The position numbers were made by a program, and so were the translations under genes. A stretch of DNA of 64,000 nucleotides from Acidobacteriota bacterium (GTDB taxonomy: Bacteria; Acidobacteriota; UBA890; WLXD01), in contig CBDFKD010000002.1 of assembly GCA_965248695.1 (NCBI GenBank), positions 1,632,001 through 1,696,000 of the forward strand, written 5' to 3'. Positions 52,670-62,081 of this stretch are shown here, piece by piece (position 1 is the stretch's first letter; every line of letters begins with the position of its first letter). A model generated the notes under the pieces. The model worked only from the letters and a program-made list of their open reading frames with translations, had not been told where the DNA came from and made no database searches.

Positions 52670-53806
52670 TCAGCTGCACGCCGGGGCATGCCCGGCCGGG
52701 ATCGTCAGCCGGTCCAGCTCGCGCCGCGAGACGTAGGGCACGTAGCCGCGATCAGAGGCCAGCTCCCAGAACCGATCGATCTTGCTGCGCTGCGTCAGGT
52801 AGTCGATTGCCAGCACTGCCTTGCCTGCCGCCGCAAACACATCGAGCAGGTCGATGGTGAACTGCTGCGGATCGAGCCTGTTGTTCTCATCGCGATCGCC
52901 GAAGTAGAAGGTGTCCTCGGCGCCGATGCCGTCGATTGCCTTGAAGTACGCCCGCTGCCGGCGAGCGGATTCCTTGTCGGGATCGGCGGCGTCCGGGTAG
53001 GTTTCCGGGTGGATGATGCCGGCGCCGTTCTGCGGCACCACCAGGAACTCGCTCGCTCCACGCGTCTTGCGAGCGTACTTGGCCAACCGGCGGACGAGCT
53101 TGACCATGTCGGCAGGGGCCCGGCGACGCTCGTCGTTGCCACCGATCTCGGCGGGACCCCAGTACTCGTACGCATCGACGATGTCGAGATACACACCGTC
53201 GAAGCCAACGTCGATGATGCGGTCCAGGTAGCTCTTATCGCGCCCCGATGCGCTGCCGAACAGGATTCGCTGCCATTCCCGCAACCAGTAGCGCGCCTTG
53301 TAGTTGCCCTCCCACTCGGGGTTGGTCGGGCCGAGGAACGCCGGTGCGCCGGCTCCAGGGTCGCCGTCAGCATCGAGCCAAGCAGCATCGAAATAATAAC
53401 GATAGCTCTCGGCCTCGCCGATGCTCAGATAGGCAAGTACGACTCGCGGACCGCAGGGACCCGTACGTAGCGCTTCCACTTGAGCCGGGATCAGCTCGCC
53501 CGAAGCATCGCCGGTCGTGGAGTAGTCGATGACCAGGACCTGGAAGGCTGACGCGGCAAGCGCTGAGAGGTTGAATTCCTGCAGCTGGTACCCCCAGTTA
53601 TCAACTGTGAACGGCAATCGCTGGCGCGCGGCGGTCGGTGCCGGCCCCTGGTGGGCGCTCAGAAGCTGGACCGTCGTCGCGAGGACCGCAAGAACGATCA
53701 GCAGCCTGAACAGTAATGAGCGAGAGCGATCGACTCGTCGGCAGGCGGCTGACGCGCAGGGCCCGGATGAGACAGACCCCCTTCTGATCAGACCGTTGAG
53801 CGTCAT
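52670..53806 (-). CDS. Secreted MJ1477/TM1410-type glycoside hydrolase (GH114-like)
   Basis: WGYQLQ, LAYLSIGEAESYRYY, NPEWEGNYKARYW, GFDGVYLDIVDAY, VPQNG, GIGAED; start uncertain. Confidence 0.82.
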   Translation of the reverse strand: MTLNGLIRRGSVSSGPCASAACRRVDRSRSLLFRLLIVLAVLATTVQLLSAHQGPAPTAARQRLPFTVDNWGYQLQEFNLSALAASAFQVLVIDYSTTGDASGELIPAQVEALRTGPCGPRVVLAYLSIGEAESYRYYFDAAWLDADGDPGAGAPAFLGPTNPEWEGNYKARYWLREWQRILFGSASGRDKSYLDRIIDVGFDGVYLDIVDAYEYWGPAEIGGNDERRRAPADMVKLVRRLAKYARKTRGASEFLVVPQNGAGIIHPETYPDAADPDKESARRQRAYFKAIDGIGAEDTFYFGDRDENNRLDPQQFTIDLLDVFAAAGKAVLAIDYLTQRSKIDRFWELASDRGYVPYVSRRELDRLTIPAGHAPACS

Positions 53807-54441
53807 CGGAGCTCCATCCCCCGAGCCCGTCGACGGCCCTGCCACAGGAACCAGCAGCCGACGGATCGGTACGGACGCCAGGGCTCGCCGATCCGCAGCA
53901 GCTCATCGCCCCGCGGCCGTTCTCGCAGGCGGTAAAGGACCTGGGCGCCGTCGAGCAGCCCGATGTCATCGACCGGCAGCATGTCCAAGCGAGCGAGCCG
54001 GAAGATCATGAACACCTCGGCCGTCCATCGGCCGATCCCCTTGACCTGCACCAGCGCCTCGATCACGGCGTCGTCCGACAGCCGCTCCAGCGCTCGAAGG
54101 CTGAGCTGGCGGCTCGTGATGCGGGCGGCGAGATCACGTAGATAGGCAACTTTGGGGCGTGACAGGCCCGCCGCCCGGAGGTCCGCCTCGGAGGTTGCCA
54201 GCAACCGTCGGGCGGATGGATCACGTCCGCCGTAGAGCGCCCGAAAGCGACGATGGATGCTGCGCGCTGCCTGCACGGAGATCTGCTGGCCGATGATGGT
54301 CTGCAAGAGCGCCGGCAGCGCCTGCCGGCGCCAGTAGCGATCCAGGCCGCACGGGCCGATCTCCTTGATGACCGATCGCATGACCGGGTCGACGCGACCC
54401 AGGTGACGTTCCGCGGTCCGGAGCAGGGCGAGCGTGACCAT
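53803..54441 (-). CDS. alkA: DNA-3-methyladenine glycosylase II (HhH-GPD)
   Basis: IIGQQISVQAA, AGLSRPK, VKGIGRWTAEVF..LARLDMLPVDDIG, WRPYRS. Confidence 0.88.
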   Translation of the reverse strand: MVTLALLRTAERHLGRVDPVMRSVIKEIGPCGLDRYWRRQALPALLQTIIGQQISVQAARSIHRRFRALYGGRDPSARRLLATSEADLRAAGLSRPKVAYLRDLAARITSRQLSLRALERLSDDAVIEALVQVKGIGRWTAEVFMIFRLARLDMLPVDDIGLLDGAQVLYRLRERPRGDELLRIGEPWRPYRSVGCWFLWQGRRRARGMELR

Positions 54442-54536
54442 CCCGGCAGGGTAGATGAGGCCGGGCTCCACCGCAGCCACTTGAGAGTGGCTCTCCGATG
54501 CTGCAACGTTGCCACGGTCACCACTGAACTGATCCG

Positions 54537-55703
54537 ATGGAGCCAATGAGCGACTTTCTAGGGTTCGACTTCGCTAGCATCGACTATCAGGCCTGGATCG
54601 ATTCAGCCATCCAGTTCTTGCTGCCTCGCCTGATCCAGAGCGGCCTGCAGCTGGTCGCGGCAGCAATCGTCTACTACCTGGCACGCTGGATCCTGACCCG
54701 GCTCGAGTCGCGCTTCGTGTCGCGCACCGAGACCAACCTCGACGACATCGTGGTGGAGCTCGTGCGGCGGCTGGTGCTGACGTCGGTCGGGTTCTGGGCA
54801 CTTTGGCGACTGGCGTTCATCTGGGGCCTCCCGACTATGGCGGCCGCAATCGGCGGCATCTGGATCGTCGGGCTCAGCTTGCCGGTAAGTCGCGCTGTCG
54901 GAGCACTGATCAAGGTCCTGGAGACCACCTTGGTGGCGAAGACCGATACCAAGCTCGACGACACCGCGCTGCCGTGGATCAACCGCATCATTACCGGGGT
55001 GATCGTCGGCACCGCCGCGCTGCTGGCGCTCTTCAACATGAACATCAACATCACGCCGTTGCTCGCCGGTGCAAGCGTTGCCGGGGTAGCGATCTCGTTC
55101 GCCGCCAAAGACACGCTGTCGAACCTCATTGCTGGCGTGCTGTTGATTCTCGACCGCCCCTTCGAAGTCGGCGACCGTATCGAGCTGTGGAGCGCCCCGG
55201 CGCGGCACTCGACCTGGGGCGACGTTACCGAGATCGGCATCCGCGCCACCAAGATACGCACCCCGGACAACATCCTGATCATCATCCCGAACAACCAGAT
55301 CATGCAGCGCGACATCATCAACTACACCGCTTCGGGTCCCACAATCCGGCTCCGCATTCCGATCGGCATCGGCTACGACGCCGATGTGGAACAGGCCAAG
55401 GGGATATGCCTTGAGGTTGCCGCGGCTTCGGACGACGTCGAGGACTCGCCGGCAGCGGTGTGCATTCTGCGTGCCTTCGGCGCGTCGTCGGTCGATCTCG
55501 AGCTACGCGTCTGGCTCAAGGACGGACGTCGTCGTCGAGCCGTCGAGGATTGGATCACCGAACAGGTGAAGCTCCGCTTTGACGCCGCCGGCATCGAGAT
55601 CCCCTACCCGAAGCGCGATCTTTACATCAAGCAGGCTCCGGGGGGCGGCGATGTCGCAGGTGTCCCTGCGGGAAGCATCGATGTGGGAGGGTCCGATGGC
55701 TGA
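54537..55703 (+). CDS. Small-conductance mechanosensitive channel family protein
   Basis: GVAISFAAKDTLSNLIAG..DRPFEVGDRI, GDVTEIGIRATKIRT.DN..IPN, FGASS, GIEIPYP; start 54537 or 54546. Confidence 0.92.
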   Translation: MEPMSDFLGFDFASIDYQAWIDSAIQFLLPRLIQSGLQLVAAAIVYYLARWILTRLESRFVSRTETNLDDIVVELVRRLVLTSVGFWALWRLAFIWGLPTMAAAIGGIWIVGLSLPVSRAVGALIKVLETTLVAKTDTKLDDTALPWINRIITGVIVGTAALLALFNMNINITPLLAGASVAGVAISFAAKDTLSNLIAGVLLILDRPFEVGDRIELWSAPARHSTWGDVTEIGIRATKIRTPDNILIIIPNNQIMQRDIINYTASGPTIRLRIPIGIGYDADVEQAKGICLEVAAASDDVEDSPAAVCILRAFGASSVDLELRVWLKDGRRRRAVEDWITEQVKLRFDAAGIEIPYPKRDLYIKQAPGGGDVAGVPAGSIDVGGSDG

Positions 55704-56073
55704 GGCAGAGACCGGCAGTGTGCGACCCAGCGCCGAGGTGGCGCTCAACGACGTACCAGCCGGGACCGCAACTCGAACCCAGGTGCTGATCGGGGCCGAG
55801 GACGGAGCTCCGAACTTTGCCATGCGACGCTTCGTGATGGGCCACGGTGGTGGCATGCCGCGGCACACCAACGCCGTGGAGCACGAGCAATACGTGCTCA
55901 AGGGTCGAGCCCGGGTGACCATCGGCAACGCGGTGCACGAGGTAAAGGCCGACGATGCCGTTTACATTCCCGCGGGCGTACCGCACTCCTACGAGGTGAT
56001 CGACGAGCCCTTCGAGTTCCTGTGCATGGTGCCGAATCTGCCCGACGCCATCGAGATCTTGCCGGAGGAATGA
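55696..56073 (+). CDS. Cupin-domain protein
   Basis: GAPNFAMRRF, PRHTNAVEHEQYVLKG, YIPAGVPHSY, FLCMVP; GGGAGG RBS. Confidence 0.88.
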   Translation: MAEAETGSVRPSAEVALNDVPAGTATRTQVLIGAEDGAPNFAMRRFVMGHGGGMPRHTNAVEHEQYVLKGRARVTIGNAVHEVKADDAVYIPAGVPHSYEVIDEPFEFLCMVPNLPDAIEILPEE

Positions 56074-56966
56074 GGCAGGGCCGCGCTAACCGGGACAACC
56101 AGATGGAACCCACATCCAGCTCACGATACGTCGCCGTCGCAGCGATCGCCGGGCTCGTGGCTGGCGTGCTGGCGACGATGGCGATCTCTGGCGGCGGGGA
56201 GCCGGCGGTCGACAATCGCGAGCCCTTCGGCGGGCTCGATCTTCGCAATCCGGAAGCCTGGCGTCTCGTCGATCTGACGCACGCGTTGAGCCCCGACAGC
56301 CTGTACTGGCCCAACGGCGAGCCCTTCGAACACGAGCGCCAGGGGTGGGAGTTCGACGCCGACGGCAACTGGTACGCGATGGCCCGATTCTCGACACCTG
56401 AACATCTCGGTACACATCTGGACGCTCCGATCCACTTCGCCGCCGGTGGCTGGACGAGCGCCGAGATCCCGGCCGAACGGTTTCTCGGTGCCGCGGTCGT
56501 GGTGGACATCAGTGAGCGCGCCGCCGCGGACCCCGACGCAACGCTCCAGCCGGGGGATCTGGAGGCCTGGGAGGCCCGCCATGGAGCAGTGCCTGAGGGC
56601 TCGATCTTGCTGGTAAGGACGCGCTGGTCGGAGCGCTGGCCCAACTGGAGCGATTACTACGGCAGCGACGATCCGTTCGATACGACATCGCTGCACTTCC
56701 CGGGCGTGTCGGCCGAAGCGGCCGCGGCGATCGTCGAGCGTGGCGTAATCGGCGTGGGGATAGACACCGCCAGCATCGATCCGGGCAACGATGTGGCGTT
56801 CAGGGCACACCGGGTGCTTGCCGCCGCCAACATCTTCAATCTGGAGAACCTCAGGGAGCTCGGCGAGCTACCCGAGAACGGCGCCACACTGCTGGCGCTG
56901 CCGATAAAGATCGCCGACGGGACGGGGGGACCGGCGCGGGTATTGGCGCTCGTGCCATCCAGTTGA
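56070..56966 (+). CDS. Cyclase-family (kynurenine formamidase-like) metal hydrolase with N-terminal TM anchor
   Basis: EHLGTHLDAPIHF, LHFPGVS, GIDTASID, NLENL, PIKIADGTGGPAR. Confidence 0.88.
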   Translation: MRQGRANRDNQMEPTSSSRYVAVAAIAGLVAGVLATMAISGGGEPAVDNREPFGGLDLRNPEAWRLVDLTHALSPDSLYWPNGEPFEHERQGWEFDADGNWYAMARFSTPEHLGTHLDAPIHFAAGGWTSAEIPAERFLGAAVVVDISERAAADPDATLQPGDLEAWEARHGAVPEGSILLVRTRWSERWPNWSDYYGSDDPFDTTSLHFPGVSAEAAAAIVERGVIGVGIDTASIDPGNDVAFRAHRVLAAANIFNLENLRELGELPENGATLLALPIKIADGTGGPARVLALVPSS

Positions 56967-57026
56967 TCGCAGCGCGTATCGGGCCTAGTGGCCTGCGCCC
57001 GCACACCTGATCCGCGGCGTCCGCTG

Positions 57027-58196
57027 TCAGTACTCCGCAAAGATCCGCCGCAACTCGTCCAGGTCGCCGGTGTGCATCAATGCCACCAGCAGGAGAACTC
57101 GCGCCTTCTGCGGCAGCAGGTCGTAGCCGGCGATCATGTCGCAACGACCGGAGCCGACTCGTCCCCCACCGGTGCGGCTCGTGCTGACGACGAAGATCCC
57201 GGTCGCGGCCACCTCGCAGGCCACGGTTCCCTGGCTGGGGGTGGTTGAGCCGGCGCCGGAGGCCGCGAGAACTAGGCCGCGGGCGCCGGCCGCCGCGAAG
57301 GCGCGAATGTCGGTACCGTCGGCGCCGTTGTAGGTGTAGGAGATGTCGACCCGTGCCAGATCCTCGGCGCTTTTGTCGGCAACGTCGAACTCACTCCGGA
57401 ACGTATGTCGCCGCTCGGCACGTCGGTGGAAGATCGGCCCACTCGATTCGACGCTACCGAGCGCACCCCAGTTGCGCGACTTGAAAGTCTGCACTCGGTT
57501 GGCGTGGGTCTTGGTGGCATCGCGAGCGGCGTTGATCTCTTGATTGAGCACGACGAGAGCCCCGCGCCCGCGAGAATCCGGATGCGCGGCTACCTGCACG
57601 GCGTTCAGCAGGTTGAGAGGGCCGTCGGCCGAGGTTGCGGTCGCCGGACGCATGGCACCGACGATGACCACCGGCTTGGGGCTCTTCACCGTCAGGTTGA
57701 GAAAATAGGCCGTCTCCTCGAGGGCGTCGGTGCCGTGGGTGACCACCAGGCCATCCACTTCCCGGTTGTCGGCGCCAGCCACCAGGATGGTGTTGATTCG
57801 CTGCGCCAGAGCCAGCCAATCGGCCGGTGCCAGAGAGGTGGAGCCCACGTTGCGGAACTGCTCGGAGCTGACATCGGCAACCGTATCCAGAGCCGGAACG
57901 GCAGCCAGCAGCTCCTCGATCGGAATCGCGCCCGATCGATAGCCGGAAACGCTCCCGGGCTCGCCACGACCGGCGATTGTCCCGCCAGTGGCCACGACGC
58001 GAACATGGGCACGGGCCGCGGTCTGGGCGACTGACGGACGCGCCGGCGGCTGCAACTGAGCGCCGCCGCGAGCGGGACCAGGCACCAGACCGATTGCCGC
58101 AATACCGGCCATGCCGAGGATACGCGCAACCCGGAAGCGCACACTGAAACGTGATCGAGCATCCGAAACGACCTCGGTGGACGCGTTTCTAGCCAA
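57027..58196 (-). CDS. Type II (secreted) L-asparaginase/glutaminase
   Basis: ATGGTIAG, THGTDALEETAYFL, VGAMRP..SADGPLNL, RDATK, PQKARVLL; signal peptide. Confidence 0.92.
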   Translation of the reverse strand: MARNASTEVVSDARSRFSVRFRVARILGMAGIAAIGLVPGPARGGAQLQPPARPSVAQTAARAHVRVVATGGTIAGRGEPGSVSGYRSGAIPIEELLAAVPALDTVADVSSEQFRNVGSTSLAPADWLALAQRINTILVAGADNREVDGLVVTHGTDALEETAYFLNLTVKSPKPVVIVGAMRPATATSADGPLNLLNAVQVAAHPDSRGRGALVVLNQEINAARDATKTHANRVQTFKSRNWGALGSVESSGPIFHRRAERRHTFRSEFDVADKSAEDLARVDISYTYNGADGTDIRAFAAAGARGLVLAASGAGSTTPSQGTVACEVAATGIFVVSTSRTGGGRVGSGRCDMIAGYDLLPQKARVLLLVALMHTGDLDELRRIFAEY

Positions 58197-58845
58197 ACTG
58201 CTGCACTCCCTGATTTGATGCCATCAGCACTTTATCGGCTCCCCGGCGCGCGAAAATACCGCACGTCACGACTCCCGCGATGGTCTCGAGCTCGAGCTCG
58301 AGCGCCAGAGGATCGACGATATGCAGCCCCCGGACGTCGACGATCGGGTTGCCGTGATCGGTGACCGTGTCGGGCCGCTGCAGTGGATCGCCCCCGAGCT
58401 CGCGGACCCGGCGACAAACCGCCTCCACGGCCATCGGAAGTACCTCCAGAGGAACTGGGAACTCGCCGAGCATGTCGACGCGTTTGGACGCATCGACGAT
58501 ACAGACGAACGTATCGGCAACGGAGAGGACGATCTTCTCGCCGGTCAACGCCGCGCCGCCCCCCTTGATCAGAGATAGACCCGGATCGAACTCATCGGCA
58601 CCGTCGACGTAGACCGCCAGACGCTGCACCTGATTGAGATCGACGACCTTCACTCCCATGGCGCGCAACCGTTCGGCGCTGGCTTCGGAGGCGCAAACGG
58701 CGGCTGCAACCCGGTCAGCCATCGGCGCCAGCGCGGCGATGAACAGATCGACGGTCGAGCCGCTGCCAACGCCCAGCACCTCACCCGGCTGGACAAACTC
58801 CAGGGCGGCCTCGGCAACCTCTCGCTTCTGCGCTTCGATGCTCAT
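58189..58845 (-). CDS. rpiA: Ribose-5-phosphate isomerase A
   Basis: GVGSGSTV, YVDGADE, LIKGGGAALTGEKIV, TDHGN. Confidence 0.96.
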   Translation of the reverse strand: MSIEAQKREVAEAALEFVQPGEVLGVGSGSTVDLFIAALAPMADRVAAAVCASEASAERLRAMGVKVVDLNQVQRLAVYVDGADEFDPGLSLIKGGGAALTGEKIVLSVADTFVCIVDASKRVDMLGEFPVPLEVLPMAVEAVCRRVRELGGDPLQRPDTVTDHGNPIVDVRGLHIVDPLALELELETIAGVVTCGIFARRGADKVLMASNQGVQQFG

Positions 58846-58897
58846 GCTTGCCGGATATCCCGCGTCGGGACTCGCGCCACGGTTTGAGGCGCCAAAC

Positions 58898-59806
58898 TCA
58901 GTTCACGAGCTGCTCGATTCGGCGAATTCGATCGTCGATCGGCGGGTGGGTCGAGAACAGCCCCTTCGCCCGTTTCTCCCAACGCTTGATCGGTTGCACA
59001 ATATACAGGTGCGCGGTGGCGCGATTGGCTACCTCGAGCACCTCGCGATCCCCTCCGAGCTGACGTAGCGCGGCGATCATGGCATCCGGGTTTCGGGTGA
59101 GCTCGACAGCGCCGGCATCGGCGAGGTACTCGCGCTCACGGGACGCCGCCAGCTGGATGAGCCTGGCAAGCATCGGCGCAGCCAGCGACAGCACGATCGC
59201 CACAACGAGCAACACCGCGCCGCCGCCGCCGTCGCGGGACCGTGACGCGTCTCGGAAACGCATGCTGCGCCAGGAGAAGTCGGTGATTAGAACGACCGCC
59301 CCGACCAGGGTCGCCAGGAGCGTCGCCAACCGGATGTCGAAGTGGCGCACATGGGAAATCTCGTGGGCGAGCACCGCCTGCAGCTGATCGCGCGACAGCC
59401 GCTGTCGCAATCCGGTGGTGATGGCGACCGCGGCGTGTTCCGGATCGCGTCCAGTGGCGAACGCATTCAGCGCCGAGTCATCGATCAGATACACCGCCGG
59501 CGCCGGCACACCAGCGGCAATGGCCAGCTCGTCGACGACGTTGTGCAGCTGCGGATCCTCGTCGCGCGTGGCTCTCCGGGCCCGGCTCATCCCGAGGATC
59601 GCCGCCCCACCACCGTAGTAGCTCCAGATCGCCACCAGCGCGCCGCCTAGGCTGGCAATCGTGGCGAGCATCAGCGACTCGCCCGGACCTACGCCAAGCA
59701 GCCCGGCGCCGAGGACGCCCACCAGCAGGCCGATGAAGAGGACGAATCCGACGATCAACACGGCGCTATTGCGACGGTTCCGGGCGATCAGATCATGGTA
59801 GGTCAC
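58898..59806 (-). CDS. htpX: HtpX-like M48 zinc metalloprotease
   Basis: NAFATGRDP, AVLAHEISH, SREREYLADA, LFSTHPP. Confidence 0.9.
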   Translation of the reverse strand: MTYHDLIARNRRNSAVLIVGFVLFIGLLVGVLGAGLLGVGPGESLMLATIASLGGALVAIWSYYGGGAAILGMSRARRATRDEDPQLHNVVDELAIAAGVPAPAVYLIDDSALNAFATGRDPEHAAVAITTGLRQRLSRDQLQAVLAHEISHVRHFDIRLATLLATLVGAVVLITDFSWRSMRFRDASRSRDGGGGAVLLVVAIVLSLAAPMLARLIQLAASREREYLADAGAVELTRNPDAMIAALRQLGGDREVLEVANRATAHLYIVQPIKRWEKRAKGLFSTHPPIDDRIRRIEQLVN

Positions 59807-59858
59807 CCGTGCCCGCCCCCTGCCTGGGCCATTGCCCGGCCCAGTGCTTCAGCTGCGC

Positions 59859-60416
59859 TCAGAACTTGACCTGAGGAGCCTCCCGCTGCTCCGCTTCCTC
59901 GAGCTCGAAGAACTCTCGTCGCTGGAACCCGAACATGTTGGCGAAGATGTTGTCCGGGAAGCTCTCGAGCCGCGTGTTGTACTGGCGCACGTTGTCGTTG
60001 TAGTGCTGGCGCGCAAAAGCGATCTTGTTCTCCGTCGACGACAGCTCTTCTTGCAGCTGGCCGAAGCTCTGGTTGGCCTTCAGATCGGGATAGGCCTCGG
60101 AAAGCGCGAACAGCTGCCGCAGCGCGCCGGTGATCATGTTCTCGGCTTGCGCCTGTTCTTCCACGGTGCCGGCATCGATCCCCGCTTGGCGAGCTCGAAC
60201 AACCGCCTCGAACGTCTCGCGCTCGTGGCTGGCGTAGCCCTTCACGGTCTCGATCAGGTTGGGAATCAGGTCATAGCGCCGCTTGAGTTGCACGTCGATC
60301 GACGCCCAGGCGTCCTGACACCGCACCTTGAGTCGTACCAATCGGTTGTAGATACCGACGAGCCAAGCACCGACCACCGCCAGCAGACCGAGAAGACCGA
60401 CAAAGCCGAACAACAT
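59859..60416 (-). CDS. lemA: LemA family protein
   Basis: YNRLV, AWASIDVQLKRRYDLIPNL, EAYPDLKAN, TENKIAFARQHYN. Confidence 0.95.
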   Translation of the reverse strand: MLFGFVGLLGLLAVVGAWLVGIYNRLVRLKVRCQDAWASIDVQLKRRYDLIPNLIETVKGYASHERETFEAVVRARQAGIDAGTVEEQAQAENMITGALRQLFALSEAYPDLKANQSFGQLQEELSSTENKIAFARQHYNDNVRQYNTRLESFPDNIFANMFGFQRREFFELEEAEQREAPQVKF

Positions 60417-60420
60417 CACC

Positions 60421-61482
60421 TCACTCCTTGGCGGCGGCCACCGGTTCGGGGATCTCGGGCGCCTCGCCAACGTCGCTGCCGCCGATCTCCTTGGCCTCGA
60501 GGAAGGGGATCTCGCGGCGCAGGCGCGCACCGACTTCCTCGATCGGATGTTGATGCTCCTGGGCGCGACGAGCGCTGAAATCGGCGAGCCCGCTGCGGTT
60601 TTCCTCGACCCAGCCGGCAGCGTACTTGCCATCGCGCACGTCGGCCAAGATGCGCCGCATCTCGGCGCGCGTTTCGTCGGTTACCAAGCGCGATCCACCC
60701 TGGTAGCCGCCGTGCTCGGCGGTATCGGAAACGCTATGCCACATGTAGGTGAGTCCACCCTGGTACATCAGATCGACGATGAGCTTGAGCTCGTGCAGAC
60801 ATTCGAAGTAGGCGATCTCGGGCTGATAGCCCGCCTCGACGAGGGTTTCGAAACCAGTCCGTACAAGCGCCGACACTCCGCCGCACAGCACTGCCTGCTC
60901 ACCGAAAAGATCGGTCTCGGTCTCCTCCGCAAAGGTAGTCTCGACGACACCGGCGCGCGCACAGCCGATCGCCGCCGAGTAGGCGAGGGCGTTCTGCAAC
61001 GCGCGACCACTGGGATCGCGCTCGACCGCAACCAGCGCCGGAGTTCCGGCTCCCTCCTGAAAGAGCTCGCGTACCCGATGCCCGGGAGACTTGGGTGCCA
61101 CCATCGACACGTCGATCCCCTCGCCCGGGTCGATCAGCCCGTAACGGATGTTGAACCCGTGCGCGAACATGAGCGTGTCACCTGGCTTCATGAACGGCGC
61201 AATCTGGTTTTCGTAGATGTCCGCCTGACACGTATCAGGAGCCAACATCATCACGACATCAGCCTTCTCGGCCGCATCTTCGATACCGGTCACTGTCAGT
61301 CCTGCGGCAACCGCGTCATCGTGACTGGCGCTGCCAGGCCGCAGACCGACGATCACCCGCACGCCGGAGTCGTGAAGGTTGAGGGCGTGCGCATGCCCTT
61401 GGCTGCCGTAGCCGATGATCGCCACGGTGCGGTTGATGATGTCGGCTGTGTCGGCGTCCTTGTCGTAGTAGATCCGTGCCAT
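60421..61482 (-). CDS. ilvC: Ketol-acid reductoisomerase
   Basis: [61 protein letters not shown]; ATG 61482 after GAGGAG. Confidence 0.97.
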   Translation of the reverse strand: MARIYYDKDADTADIINRTVAIIGYGSQGHAHALNLHDSGVRVIVGLRPGSASHDDAVAAGLTVTGIEDAAEKADVVMMLAPDTCQADIYENQIAPFMKPGDTLMFAHGFNIRYGLIDPGEGIDVSMVAPKSPGHRVRELFQEGAGTPALVAVERDPSGRALQNALAYSAAIGCARAGVVETTFAEETETDLFGEQAVLCGGVSALVRTGFETLVEAGYQPEIAYFECLHELKLIVDLMYQGGLTYMWHSVSDTAEHGGYQGGSRLVTDETRAEMRRILADVRDGKYAAGWVEENRSGLADFSARRAQEHQHPIEEVGARLRREIPFLEAKEIGGSDVGEAPEIPEPVAAAKE

Positions 61483-61506
61483 GACTGCTCCTCGCGCCCC
61501 TGCTTG

Positions 61507-61566
61507 TGCGGGCTTGGCGCCCGTGCTCATGCGGGCTTCGGCGCCCGTGATAATGCGGGCTTGGCG
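61507..61566. repeat. Imperfect 23-24-bp tandem repeat (about 2.5 copies) across the ilvN stop and ilvC leader
   Basis: tgcgggctt(c)ggcgcccgtg at 61507 and 61530, partial third copy at 61554. Confidence 0.85.
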
Positions 61567-62081
61567 TGTATCCCTTCCTGGAATGTCCGCTCACCCGTGC
61601 CCATGGCGATGGCTCCATGTCGGGTGATCTCGAGAATCCCGAGCGGTTCGAGCTTCTCTGTCAGGTTGTCGATCTCGTCGGCTTCTCCGCTCACCTCTAC
61701 GATCACCGTATCCGACGATTCGTCGATGACGTGGGCCCAGAACTCGCGACAAATCTCACTGATACGCGGGCGATTGTCGTCCACACCGGTCAACTTGATC
61801 AGCGCCAGGCTACGGGCGACGTGCGGTCGACTACCTATGTTCTCCACATGTAGAACCGGGATCAACCGGGCCAACTGCTTGACCACGCGTCGGGCGTTCT
61901 CGGCGTCACCGTAGATCACCAACGTCAACTGAACATTGTCGGCAGCGGCAGTACGCGCCACGCTGATGCTCTCCAGCAGCACCTGGCGGCTACGTAGCAG
62001 ACCCGTAACGCGTCCCACAACGTCTTGCCCCGGACGCACCAGCAGAACGAGCGTCTGCCGATCCGACGAGAGGCCGGTCAC
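61527..62081 (-). CDS. ilvN: Acetolactate synthase small (regulatory) subunit with a divergent ACT ligand site
   Basis: [45 protein letters not shown]; lies between ilvB and ilvC. Confidence 0.9.
   Translation of the reverse strand: MTGLSSDRQTLVLLVRPGQDVVGRVTGLLRSRQVLLESISVARTAAADNVQLTLVIYGDAENARRVVKQLARLIPVLHVENIGSRPHVARSLALIKLTGVDDNRPRISEICREFWAHVIDESSDTVIVEVSGEADEIDNLTEKLEPLGILEITRHGAIAMGTGERTFQEGIHAKPALSRAPKPA

Noticed and set aside
51847-54441. A dedicated DNA-repair island (UDG, alkA, plus tag and EEP)
   Set aside because: UDG and alkA are separated by a glycoside hydrolase, and tag and EEP are tens of kb away. These look like ordinary scattered repair genes.
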